Below, piece by piece: positions 38,999-51,387 of a stretch of 64,000 nt of DNA. Every line of letters begins with the position of its first letter. Position 1 is the stretch's first letter. Source of the stretch: Geosiphon pyriformis uo1 (taxonomy: Eukaryota; Fungi; Glomeromycota). The notes beneath the pieces are model-generated. The model worked only from the letters and a program-made list of their open reading frames with translations, had not been told where the DNA came from and searched no databases. The stretch lies in the NCBI GenBank assembly GCA_016748015.1, contig JAAOMT010000507.1, forward strand, positions 1-64,000, given 5' to 3'. Both the position numbers and the translations under genes were made by a program.

Positions 38999-40047
38999 TT
39001 ACCTTCCAAACTCGCATCTTTTCGCAGTGTAGGGTGTTTCTTCAATGGTAAGGGAAGGTACTTTGATTTTTCGATAATGGCGAAAGAACTCATGGCGATC
39101 TTTTTGAGCACCCCATCCATGAAAATAAGCCTCGCTCATATTGAATTCCATGGCTTCCATCCCGGAAGAAGCAGCTTTATTCCATGCTCGAAATCCTTTC
39201 AACCAATTTCTATGGATCACGTTTCCCGACCAATAGAAATTACCCACAACAACTTGGGCAAATCTGTTTTCTAATTGTGCAGATTTTTCATACCAGAGAA
39301 ATGCTTGAAAGAGATCCTGGGAAATCATTAAGCCCTTAGAATAAAAATGTGCCAGGTTCAACTGTCCAAAAGACTCGTCATTTTCCGCCGCTTGTCGATA
39401 CCAATGGAAAGCCAGTCTCATATTTTTTGCCGTACCATATCCTAAAATATAAAATAAATTCATGTATTATGTGACCGATTTTACGCTATAAAAAGGCCTC
39501 ATACTTAAATGAAATGAGATTTACCATTCTCGTAAAGATAACCTAGACTGGTTTGACCATAACGATTGCCACCCCTTGCGGATTTCTTGTACCACTTGTA
39601 AGATAATTTAAAATCTTGGTACTTATCTTCATACAGTGTTCCGACTAGATATTGAGCCATATGGTTCCCTGCTTCGGCTGCTTTTCGATACCAACGAAAA
39701 GCATGTTCTGGATCTTTTCTCGCTATTATTCCATGGCCAAGCTGCCAACATTTTCCCAAGAGGAATTGGGCACAATCATCACCAATAACTGCACCAATTT
39801 GGTAAAACTCAAGTGCCTTTTGTTGATTGAGGTTGATGCCGATTCCTTCTTGATGACAGTAACCCAACAAAGAATAAAAACCTTCATCCTTTACAATATC
39901 TTGAGCTGATTTGAAAAGTGTTTCCTCTGTTTGATTAATTTGCCGTAAGTGAGCAATTATATTAGAATTTATTTCTCGTGAAACATATCCTGAATTGATT
40001 CCTTTAGCAATGATTGCAAAAGCTTCGCTAACCAAGTCAGAAACCAT
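38999..40047 (-). CDS. Sel1-like (SLR/TPR) repeat protein; exons 40047-39525, 39441-38999
   Basis: Repeated LGYCHQEGIG, AQFLLGKCWQLGHG...AFRWYRKAAEAGNHMAQYLVG, LGYLYENGYGTAKN..AFHWYRQAAE. GT-AG intron in phase. Confidence 0.92.
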
Positions 40048-42390
40048 GCTTTGAACCTTTTTTAAAGGGCGAAATAATTTAAAAAGAGTAAACACATTTT
40101 CAGAGATCAAAACATAATCTTAGATTTTATATATAAATTTAGTGCAAACCTTTTTTATAAGTATCTTGGAGACCTGATATTATCCAATGATATTGAATTT
40201 GATAAAGTTGAATGCCGCAACTAGATCTAATTCTTGTTCGCGAGAAATTGAGTCTCATCACTTATTTTGAAAGTAATATTGTTTTTTCTTTAAAAAAATG
40301 ACTTAGTCAATCGATATATAAAAATAAAAAATTATATTCAAACAAACAATTGATCAAGTAAAGCTCGCAAAAATATTTCTCTAGTCTTATTAAAATTATG
40401 ATTTATCATTATTTAAAAACATTGCCTCAATTCAAGCTATGTTTGATAAATCAATAACAATTACCTAAAGCAAAAAACAAAAGAGTTAGATGAAACAAAA
40501 TTTATTTGTCAAAAGCTTTATTTCAAAATAACCATAATTTTATAATTTTGATAATGAAATTGGTTGTGAGCATTTTTACAGATTATTTACGATTTAATTT
40601 TATGGTTAACACAGTAAAATATTGCAGATTTCTATAATAATAACTTTTAAATTAAGAAGAAAACACAATAATTATATAATTATTAGTTTTTATAAGGAGT
40701 TTTTATAAACAAATAACAATAAATGAAATTTGCACCAATTATATTATTAAAAAGTTTGTAATATGTAAAAATTATTTTGAAAATCAAATCATATTGTAGC
40801 TGATTACAAAATGGTACAACTGATTACAAAAATTTACTTGTTTTTGCAAACAATCTTAAATTTTTAATGATACACAAATCAAATTGCATATGACATGATG
40901 TGTAAGTTCACTTTTGAATGTCAGCAAAAAATAAAAAAAATAAAGAGTAAAAGGTGTCTAAATTAGTAAGAAAATTAAAATTTGGTGAACTTGACAAAAT
41001 ATCGGAAATATCCTGAAGTCTAATCTTACCACATTTTTGAAAAAGCGTTGCTCAATAATGTTTTCGTCTTTGTTTGGGTTTCACCGTCCTTCTTTCCATA
41101 ATATCATTTAATTCCGTAATAAGAGACATACAGAATGTAAATCATACTTATCAGAAAATCCTAATTCTCTAGTTTTGTAAACTCTGGCAATTGAATGATT
41201 TAAGAGATTTCTATAATCACTAGTAATAAACACGAGACTTTCTCTTTTCTTATCGTTCCCTGGGATAAAAAAATTATAGATAATTCTGAGTTTCTTTTAA
41301 ATTGTGAACCCACTTTTCGAATATCGGAAAAATTGATGTCATATGGTGAAACAAGCATTTTGACTCTTTCTTTGATATCATGCCGTTTTCTATGGTTGGA
41401 TTGCAGCCGGTTTAATCTTGAGCATAAAAAATTAACGAATTGTGTGTCACCATCTGCCTATAATGACTTAATAAAGCCTCGCGCCACATTAGCCACTTCT
41501 CAGGATCGTGGTGGATTGGGGAAATCTAACTCTCGTACGAGTGTAACAGTAATGTAAATAGATTTACGACCAACAGACAATAACAACGAAAGTCGAAAAT
41601 TTTCATTGTCTTGAACTGACAAAGGTCCCAACAATCCGTTTTAAGATTAAAAAAAAAAGGTAATACTGTGGGTTTTTTGAACACTAATGATATTCAAGTT
41701 AGTTTATTAAATTTAAAAATTCTTTCAACCCCGTTTCCAACAGGTAATCTATTCCGACATCTGAGATTTAGGAGAAAGAAACTGCTTACTAACGATTTAT
41801 GATATGCATTAGTTGATAAAAAACGTTGTTTTTGGTGGGAATTTTTTTGCTTAAACTAATTGGATTCGTTTCAGAGTGATGATTGTTAAGAAAATCCTTT
41901 TTTCCAGGCGCGTGGTTTATTAAAGGCTCTACAAAGTCGAGGATAATAAAAAAAGCTGGAACAAGAGGCATCCATTCTAATTTTAGTAAATAATCTTTAA
42001 AAATTCTATGATCCCCCACCCCGGTTACGTTTCAAATAACCTAAATAACATGTAATCATATGTAAAATATTTCGAAAATTTTCAATAGGTAGTTTATTGC
42101 CAGAATTCTAAAAAATCATTCAAATTGTCTTAGAAAAGATTTCTTGGGACTAATAGTTTGAAAAATATTATTTACATCAGTATTTTCTAGAACACATACT
42201 CAAAAAAAATCCAGAACACCAAAACAGGCAAAAAATTTTAATATCAAAATAGGATTTAAGTTTACAATGGGTGAAAAAAATCTAAAATTTCAAGGAAGTC
42301 TAAAATATCTTTCATAAAATGGATCAATTTTTGACTAAATATGTTGTCAATTCTTATTTTTATACTTATTGCTTAAAGTGGGCTTAAAAT

Positions 42391-43449
42391 CTAAATGATA
42401 TGAGAGTTACTTGAAGTGTTATTGTAATCATTAATATAGTTCATTTCATCGAAATTATGTTGGAAAAAAAATTCTTCGGGGACATCTGGGATATAATTAT
42501 GATTGTAATCGGGGGGTAAAACGCCTAGCGGATTTAGCTGTGTTATTATTTCAGGATAATTTGGTGATATCCATTCTGAATTCCAATATTGATAAACATC
42601 TGTTGAAGTGGAAGGAACTACTTCGTGTTCTGTTAATAGGTTTAATGTTTCTGGGTCGGCGAAATCCTCACTACTCGTTTCATTAATCTGATTATTGGAA
42701 AATTGTGTCCGATTCAATTGACCAAAAGTTTCCAGAGGAGCAGTAGAAGGTGTTCTTGCAAGTATTTCTGAAGCAATTTGCGAATTGTCATGTAATTCTG
42801 ATAGGGTTTTTACTATTAAATTGCTATTCAGCGTAGAATCATCAAGAGGTGGGCTGTTCGTAATATAAATTAAAGGTGGACTTGTTCGATTTTGATTTTC
42901 TGTAATGTTGATAAAATCATTCACTTGTTCCCTTTCAGGTGTAATAATTTCTTCGATCCAAGTATACTCCTTTTGTTTTTTGTTTGATTGACCTGGCTGA
43001 TATTTATAATTAGGTGAAGCTTGACTTTGAGCACGAGTGGCAACCGTGGCAAGCCATTCGAAAAATCTTTTCATATCCTGCCCTTCATTTTTCCAATTTT
43101 GTCCAAAAAGTTTTGATGTTCTTTCGAATCCTAACTTTTCCGTTTCCGGTGTTCTCTTCATTTGCAATCTCATACCTTTTTGATAAAGTAGATAACTGTT
43201 TTGGGTTCGTGGTAAATTTCCTTTTGTTCGTTTCTTACCCAAGGATAATATTTGTCGAAGATCTTGAATAGTGAATTGTAATGGGTTATTCGTTTCCGGC
43301 AATTCTACTTGGAGTAACTTTTCGACGGCATCATTGTATTCATTGAAATAAGCCGCATCATGTATCGAAGTTTTTCGTTTTTTCATAACTCTTTTTTTAG
43401 CGGTTGTTAATTTTGTCGCTACATTATGAGTGTTAGAGCTTGAAGCCAT
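42391..43449 (-). CDS. MATA-type HMG-box transcription factor
   Basis: LPRTQNSYLLYQK...TSKLFGQNWKNEGQDMKRFFEWLA...ASPNYKYQP matches the HMG pattern PRPxNxFxLY...SKxxGxxWxxE...PxYKYxP. Acidic/Ser/Asn-rich C-terminus; single exon. Confidence 0.9.
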   Translation of the reverse strand: MASSSNTHNVATKLTTAKKRVMKKRKTSIHDAAYFNEYNDAVEKLLQVELPETNNPLQFTIQDLRQILSLGKKRTKGNLPRTQNSYLLYQKGMRLQMKRTPETEKLGFERTSKLFGQNWKNEGQDMKRFFEWLATVATRAQSQASPNYKYQPGQSNKKQKEYTWIEEIITPEREQVNDFINITENQNRTSPPLIYITNSPPLDDSTLNSNLIVKTLSELHDNSQIASEILARTPSTAPLETFGQLNRTQFSNNQINETSSEDFADPETLNLLTEHEVVPSTSTDVYQYWNSEWISPNYPEIITQLNPLGVLPPDYNHNYIPDVPEEFFFQHNFDEMNYINDYNNTSSNSHII

Positions 43450-45491
43450 TTTTTGATTCTTGATCTTTTTCTTATTTTCTCAAAAAAGTTTGGGATTTGT
43501 GGCGAGTATTTATAAACGCGACGGTAAAACAGATGTGGCTAGTATTACCAAAAAGGTATGGCGAACTCGTTTGGGATTCACGCGTTCTTGAGCTGTTGAA
43601 CGGTTTCAAATTCCTAATATTCTCCGGTTGGCTCATCTTTTAATACACAATGGATTGGTTGTTTGAGCAGTCAATATTCTCATTGATTCCTTTTTCGCTC
43701 AAAAATTTGAAACAGTCCAACAAAAAAAACGGCCGTTTTCCCAGAAATTTTGATAGCCGACTCTAGTTTGCAATACTGAATATTGCCCGGACCAAAAAGA
43801 TGAAATCTTTGAGCAGAACTTTTTCACAAAAGTTCCCAAATCTTTGATTTTTCCGAGACTAAGTTCCGGTTGGTCATTTTAGAACCACGCACCAAAATTA
43901 TATCTTCCAAGAAATGATATCCTGATCATGAGCATTTGATATATCAGAAATCACTAAATTTGATTGCTACTTGTTTTTCAATCTAAAGCTAAATTTAGCT
44001 GTTTGTTCTTTTTTGAAGCAGGCTCAAAAAAGACACTTTCTGAAAAGTAACAAAAAATTTACTTTGATTGTATGTCAATTTGAAACATTGTACCTAATGG
44101 TATATTTAATGAATCAAAAAATTTTTGTGAAGGACTTGCGTACAAAAACGTTACTTGAAAATTCTCCTTTCTTTTTTCGAAAAATGCTTTGCTTTGAAAA
44201 TATAAACATAGTATTCCCAGCATGGTTAGATCTTACTACGATTCTAAGCCGAATAACTGGGGGCAGAATGCTTTTAAAAGTGATAAATTCGGTTGATTTT
44301 TCATGAATAAACTCGGAATAACTAAAGTATAACAATAACTAAATACTCCATGCTCAATACTTAAAATAGATATATTTTCCATGAATTTTAATTGTGATCA
44401 AAAAAAGTTTATGTTTCTCAAAGGACCCCAGGAAAATTCGTTGTTTTACTATGTAACAGATTTTCATCAGACGAAGATAGACATAATCTCTGAGGATCGA
44501 GGGGGGTTAATTTGGTTTGAAGAATTTTTAGAACCCGTTTGTAAAGAGTTACATATATTAAATTTTTGTCGCAAGATATCAAGGACAATGGATAAAAATT
44601 ATCTGCCTTTTTTGGTTTTTGTTAGATGCACCAACAAGCAAAATGCTGTATACTTTGAGCACAAGATGTACGTTGTGTGCATTGCAAACTTTTCTTGGTT
44701 GATGACAATAGACAAATTAGCGTCTACCATGGTTTGGGATTAAAATATAGTTTCCTAGCCTGGGATTAATAGTATCCAGACCAGGGAATTAAGGAACAAT
44801 AAATAAATTGGATCTCATGTTTGACGAATTGATTCTGTTGCAAATCACGATCGTGCAGAAACCTATTTTCATTACTTTGGATTCAGGCTAAGGTTTTTAA
44901 TTGCATTTTTTTAATTGGCACATTTTTATTAAGCAAACTAAAATTAAATGTCTTTATTAATCATTCTAAATTTATTCCAAGCAATTAATTTTCTGAAACA
45001 GTTGTTCCTTAACCACTTGAATTAAAATATCTTTAAAGGAAATATTAGGACCTAGTTCGTGAGCAAATTTAGAAGAAGAGAAATTTAAACAAGGGTTTGA
45101 AAAACGACCTTTTCTTCAATTTTCGTTTTTAATTTTTTCAGGGAAAAGGATAATTTTAATGTTTTAATAGTCGGCTGATGTTTGGAATAAATTTTATTTG
45201 CAAAATACGAGGCAACCTTTTTTTTAAAAAAAATAAAATGCTATTAAAACTCTCGAGATAAAATGAAACTTTCTGTATTTTTTATAAACATCTTAAGTTC
45301 TTGTATTTATATTCCTAAAAGAAGAAATTCAATATGGTTTTGCATAAATTGAAAAGTATAGGGGAGATATTCTTTTATCTATTATAAATTGGTTTGTGAA
45401 GTATGGTGGAAAATCTTAAAAGAATGGTTTTTACATAATGTTCATAAGAACTTTCTTTAAATAGTTAAGATATAATAAAATTGTGTGATCC

Positions 45492-46496
45492 TCAAAATTT
45501 CATATTTATATTTGAAAAATCAAAAAATTTTGGATCGAATTGAGGAACCAAACTAAATGGTAAAGTTTCATCAGGAAAGATAGAAAAGTTTTCATCCAAG
45601 GAGCTATCCAGAATTGTTGAAGTAGAGAATTTTATTGGCCCAAAATCAAGTATTGACCAGTTCAAATACGAATCAAAACTCAATTCTGTTTGTTCAATTA
45701 GTGCAGCGTTTTCTAGGGGAAATTTATTTAAAAAATCAAAGGAGTCATGGTCGACAAGATTTATTGAAGTGTTTTTCGGAATATCTTTGAATGCTGTATT
45801 CAATTTTTGAAATGGTAAAGATTCAATTTTGCTGGTAGAATTTTTTAGTTTTAAGGAACGACTGAATGCAGGCCCTTCCCTGAGATAAGGTTTGAAACGA
45901 AACTTTTTTGATTTTGAAGGTGAAATTTTACTGAATTGAGATGAATTTTTTTTTGCAGATCTAAATCCCCTGATAACGCAAAGTTGGCCTTTTTCAACAT
46001 TTTGACGAAGTTTAATTTCGTTAATTATCGGCGTTGGATTCACAAACATGATAGGAATTCGGGTAGATTCTTGCAAAGATCGAGCCGAATCAAACAAATT
46101 ATCCGAACTTTTTTCTTGAAATTCACTCACTCCGGGATCACTAAACTCTCTTGAAACCTCTAAGCTTTCCCTGACCTCTTGGGTAGCCAGCACCAAAATG
46201 TTGGCCAATATCTTAAAAAGTCCTTTTAAACCCGGGGAAGCCTTAGTCCAATTTTGTTTCGCGATATCCGAAACATCGTCTTGATAAATTTTTGGTGAAA
46301 CTTTACGAATTTGGGCATTCAAATCTATACGATACAAGACAAAATCGTTTGGAATTATCTTGACCTCGAAGGCTGGTGGTTCTAAAAGCTTCTCAAGAGG
46401 AAGAAAAGGCTTTGGAAGGTTTTTAAGAAGAGGTTGGTATTTTGCTAAAAGTTTAGTGATGGCTTCTTTAGTTTTCAATTTCCAGATTGTGTTCAT
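45492..46496 (-). CDS. Divergent HMG-box protein
   Basis: KPFLPLEKLL...KIIPNDFVLYRIDL...QDDVSDIAKQNWTKASPGLKGLFKILA matches the MATA-HMG pattern (PNxFxLYR...VSxIAxxxW...FxxLA). 334-aa open single exon. Confidence 0.75.
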   Translation of the reverse strand: MNTIWKLKTKEAITKLLAKYQPLLKNLPKPFLPLEKLLEPPAFEVKIIPNDFVLYRIDLNAQIRKVSPKIYQDDVSDIAKQNWTKASPGLKGLFKILANILVLATQEVRESLEVSREFSDPGVSEFQEKSSDNLFDSARSLQESTRIPIMFVNPTPIINEIKLRQNVEKGQLCVIRGFRSAKKNSSQFSKISPSKSKKFRFKPYLREGPAFSRSLKLKNSTSKIESLPFQKLNTAFKDIPKNTSINLVDHDSFDFLNKFPLENAALIEQTELSFDSYLNWSILDFGPIKFSTSTILDSSLDENFSIFPDETLPFSLVPQFDPKFFDFSNINMKF

Positions 46497-49119
46497 TTGA
46501 GAAAGCTAAATTTTTCAAAAAATTCTTTAGTAAATAGATTTTTTCTGTTTCTTAACCACCACTTTTCGAGATATTAAGAAACCGTCTTTTTATTTAAATT
46601 TACAAAAGGGCGGCAATGATTGACGTGTCCGCTTATTAGACAGTTACACAAAACTGCGAGATGGAATCTGAATTTAACTAAATAATCCCTACTATTGTTC
46701 AAAAAAACTTTCACCCTAAGCATTTTACCCCTGTGAAAAAAATTGTTTTACAATTAACCTTGCGTGGGATAATACTTACCTGGAGGAAAGGTTTGTCCAA
46801 AATCCTGGATATAAAATGATAAATATAAATATTTAATTTCACTCGGGAATTTGTTTCATGGGTCAAGTTTTACTTAAAACAGTGTTAAATATCCAAAGCG
46901 AGGGGAATAGGCAAAACAATGAAAATTTTCAATTGAAATATTATAAATTTTATTGTGCTTTAGAAAAATTTTCTCATTTTTTTTTGTTCAATTCTTTAAA
47001 GTATTGTACTGTAAAATAATTAGATCTAGATTTTGTAGTTTTTGAAGGAAAGGAGCTAAGAAAAATAATTTTTACAAAAATATCCTTTTCCAAAAATAGA
47101 AAGGTTCTGAGCAAAAGATAAATTAGCCTCAGAAGTTTCAAGGTTAGTAAGTTCAAAATAAAATGAATTCCGGAATAAATATAATTGTCACTTCTAGCCT
47201 TTTTGGTTTTACCATTTCTATTAGTATTAATATTGAAACGCATATTCTTCTATGAATATAAAAAGATTTTTCCAAAAATTTGTTCGAGCATATTCATAAC
47301 AAAATCCAACCTTTTTTTATATATAAACAAAAATTTAAAAACATGAAGACGAAAATGGTATTTTTTCTATAAATATTTCCTTAAAAAGATTCTTACTAAG
47401 ATATATTAATTTTAATTAAATTTTGTATTTAGATTTTCAAAAAAGAAACTCCAAAGAGAATCCTGTGATGCATTTAGTAAGTTTTTCAAATAAAAAAAAT
47501 TAAATGGTTAAACTGGGATTATATCTATCTTTTATGGTTCGAAGATACTATTTTTGAATGGAAAATTTAATTGGGATATTTTTATGAAATTTGGTTTATG
47601 AGGTATTTTTGATGGTATTGAGGCATATTAAAGTTTTGGGGTTTCCGAAAAAAAGATAGTCCCAGAGTTTATCTCTGATTTTTGACGATAATCTTTTTAG
47701 TATTTTATCTTAAAAGGAAAAATTTAAAACCAAAACACGTATGATCTCCAATTTATTTTTGCATTAAGGTATTAAAATGGTTTTCTCGAGTTAAAGTGGG
47801 TAACCATGCCCCCTTCAAAACCACATATTTGATCAACCTCGCATTATAGAAGTGCATTTCAGTATGTTTTATTGAAAGGATTGATTTGATTCTTCTTTTG
47901 GGAATCTGCAATAATGAAAATTTAGCAGTTCTTTTAGTGTTTAACGCCCAAAAATTGGCCTTCAGATGAAAATCTTAGCGATAGAAGAAAACTATCAAGT
48001 CTCGTATTGTTGTCTCTCCGGGGCTTGTGCAGTATCTTCGATCTAAAATTCAAAAAAAAATTTCATTCTCAGAGCCTCAGAACGGAGTAAAAAGTCAAAA
48101 TTCTGAAATTGTAAAAAAACGAATGAAATTAATATAAATGCATGCGCATGCACATCAACACTAAAGGGTTAGAAACCAGATTGAACTAGCGGTCATTTTT
48201 AAAATGGTTAATTATATAATTCAAAACATAAAATTCCTAAATCGAACAATTCCGGATGCACATAAACTAATTTTAGTTCCCCGTCCCCAATCGTTAATGT
48301 TAGGATCTCTCTTTAATTTGCTTAATTATTTACACGAATATTAACAAGCATCAAATTAATAGAGCAATAAAGTGGTTTATCACAATGCTAAATCTAAAGG
48401 AGAAAAATCGTAAAGATCCGAAGCTCGTTTCTGAAAAGGTTTTTGGGCCATCATTCTAGGATTGGCAGTGAATTCAGATCATTAATCAATTTTTTTTCTA
48501 TTCAAAATTAACAGTTAATTATTTCCCAAAATATTTGTTGATTTATATATATCAACCATTTGAGATAAGTATTTTGAGAATTTCACTGTTTACAAATTAT
48601 GCTTTGTAATAATTACCTAATAATTTTCTATTTGCAGAAAGCCTAGATTTTGGAGGAAGAAAGATTTACTCAAAAAATACGTAATCTTGACAAAGAGTCT
48701 GATCAAAGCAAAATTTTGAAGTTATATTAAGGAGAAAATTGGAAACAAAGTGGGAGGACTGACTTGAGAAAGATTATAATTGTTAACAAAAAATCCAAAT
48801 ATATGAATTTAAATAAATAAAAATATTCTTTTTTAGAAAATTTCACCTTTTATTTCATAAATACTTTTGTACAATTATTTGCTATTATTACAGATTAGTA
48901 ACAAGCTTTTGAAAAAGCAAGTTACTTATAAAAAGTTGCAACCAGTATTATATTTAATTACCATACAATTACAGTTCCAACTTATATAATTGTATTACAT
49001 ATAATTTTTATTTACTAAATTCATAATTCCATTTTTATTAATAATATATTGTTACAGTTCAAAATTTCCTTTTTTTTCTGATAGAATATTAATTTTAATT
49101 ATATTAATCATTCTATTTT

Positions 49120-50275
49120 TAAAATTAGTTGTTAACTTAATTTTTGACTTTATTATTAACTTAATTAGTGATTCAATTATTAATTTGGTTAATTGTTTTT
49201 TTAAAAAATATACAGTATAGTTATGATTAAAACTTTAATTTTTACTTGATTAATAACTTAATTATTGATTTAGTTATTGACTTGGTTATTGACTCAATCA
49301 TTAGCTTTATCATTAATTAAATTAATAATAGAATCACTAATTTGATCATTAATTTTTTTAAGAATATATAAATAAGATCTTTCAAAGCTATAGAAATTTA
49401 TTTACACTTCAATCAATTCATTTAAACAATAATATTAATTTTTTTATTTTCTTTTTACTAACTTTTGTAAAGTACATTGAATAAATATTTACTAAAAAAT
49501 ATAAATAATATTTAATATTGAATTTTAAAAGCACTAATATAAAATATTGAATTATACTAGTGTATTATTTTTTATTGATAGTATAAACTATTTTTTTATC
49601 TTTAGATTCTTTTATTATCTTTTAAAAATATTTATAACTAAAATATTAAATCTTTACTAATTTAATTTATTCATTAAAGTTGGATTATTTTTTAATTATT
49701 TTTATTATTATATAATACTATTTTTTTTACAATTTTATTAAAATAATTGAAACTTTTTATAAGTTATTAAAAAGTATTTAACTAATAAAAATTAATTTAA
49801 TTATTTAAATATTAATAATTTATTTTTTTTATATAATAATAAAAAAATCAAAGAATAAATTTAACTTAATATGCAAATTAAATTTGTAAAAATTTAATAT
49901 ATGAAATTAACTTGATAAAAATCTTAATTATTATTTTTTCAAATAAATATCAAATATTGTTTTTTTTTTAGAAAATATTTATTTAATATTTTACAAAAGC
50001 TACCAATATAAATATTAAAAAAATTATAATTGTTGTAATAATTTTGCTAAAAACTTTAAATAAAAATAATTTTTGTCTTGAATTTTTATTTAAAATTATT
50101 TTTTTTACAACTTTAAAGAGTTTTTTTTATATATTTTAAAGAAAAAATTAATAATTAAGTCAATAATTGCATTAATAATTCTGTTAATAATCAAATTAAT
50201 AATTGAGTTAATAACTAAATTAGTGACTAAATCAAAAATTAAGTCATTAATTAAGTTAATAATTATATTAAAAAC
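49120..50275. repeat. Two degenerate 12-bp tandem arrays in inverted orientation (about 49120-49350 and 50150-50275)
   Basis: ttattgatttag ttattgacttgg ttattgactcaa tcattagcttta... versus taagtcaataat ... tgagttaataac taaattagtgac taaatcaaaaat taagtcattaat. Confidence 0.55.
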
Positions 50276-51387
50276 TAAAAAATTAAACTTTAATAAAATA
50301 AAATTATTTGGAAAATTTTTATTTATTAAATATGCAAAAGCAATTAAAAAAATTTATAAAATAATTAGACTTTAAATAAAACTAAATAGAAAAAAAATTA
50401 AAAACAAATTTATTAATGTTTTATAATTTTTTTATTTTAAAAAAAATTTGACTGTAAATACAATAGTAAAATTAACTTAATTTATTGAAAATAAATAACA
50501 AATATACTTAAAAAAACATTTTTTTACTTTCTAATTAACTGTTATATTATATACTATTTATGCTCAAATTAAAATAAATATTTAATAAAAAAATCAAAGA
50601 TTTTTAAAACTTTAATACTAATTATATTACAATTAACAGCAATAATCTTAATATAAACAAAAATTTTAAAACCAAAAGCTTTTAATATATTATATATATA
50701 TAAGTAATAATTATATAATATAAAACTATAATAATTTTTCAATGTTTTTTCTAAATTTAAGAAATAATATTTAAGAAAATAACAGAAACAATAACGATTG
50801 TGTTTTAAATTAAGAAGCAAATTAGATTTATATTAATTTATAAAAAAAAATTTTTAGTTAAAACAATAATTATTAGTTTAAAAATTAATAAACATATTTT
50901 TCAAAAAATAAAAATACAAATCAAGAACAAAAAAATCATTTAAATTTTAATATAATTATTTTAATATTTAATAATAAGAATAAAATTCTATAAATAAAAT
51001 ATTTAAGAATTTGCCAAAATTAGAATTTTTAAAAATTGTGTAGAAATTTAAGTCTTTATTTTAAATAGTTTATAATTTATTTTTAATTTTAAAAAAATTT
51101 TTAAAAATCTTAAATATTAAAAAACAACTTAAAACTAATAAATAACTTTAATAAATAATTTTAGTTTTAAGTAATAATCTTATATATTTTATTTGTAAAA
51201 TCTATATAATTAGATATTTATGAATTTAATATTAAATAATAATTTTTTAGTTAATATTATAATTCAATATTTTTTAAATACAATAAAAAAATTACCAAAA
51301 CTATAATATCACAAAAGAAATTACATTATAGGGGTAAATCATGCGTTGTTTACACGTGATCAGACACTCGGCCCAATCAAGAACTCA

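Noticed and set aside
41040-41560. Protein-like minus-strand fragments
   Set aside because: Interrupted by stops and a frameshift, with no family recognised.
43971-44743. Short ORFs between the HMG genes
   Set aside because: No recognisable motif or convincing splice structure.
42391-46496. Mucorales-type sex locus
   Set aside because: No triose-phosphate transporter or RNA helicase flank and no homeodomain pair; HMG genes are highly multicopy in this lineage.
49120-50275. CRISPR-like array
   Set aside because: The units are contiguous 12-mers without unique spacers, in a eukaryotic context with no cas genes.
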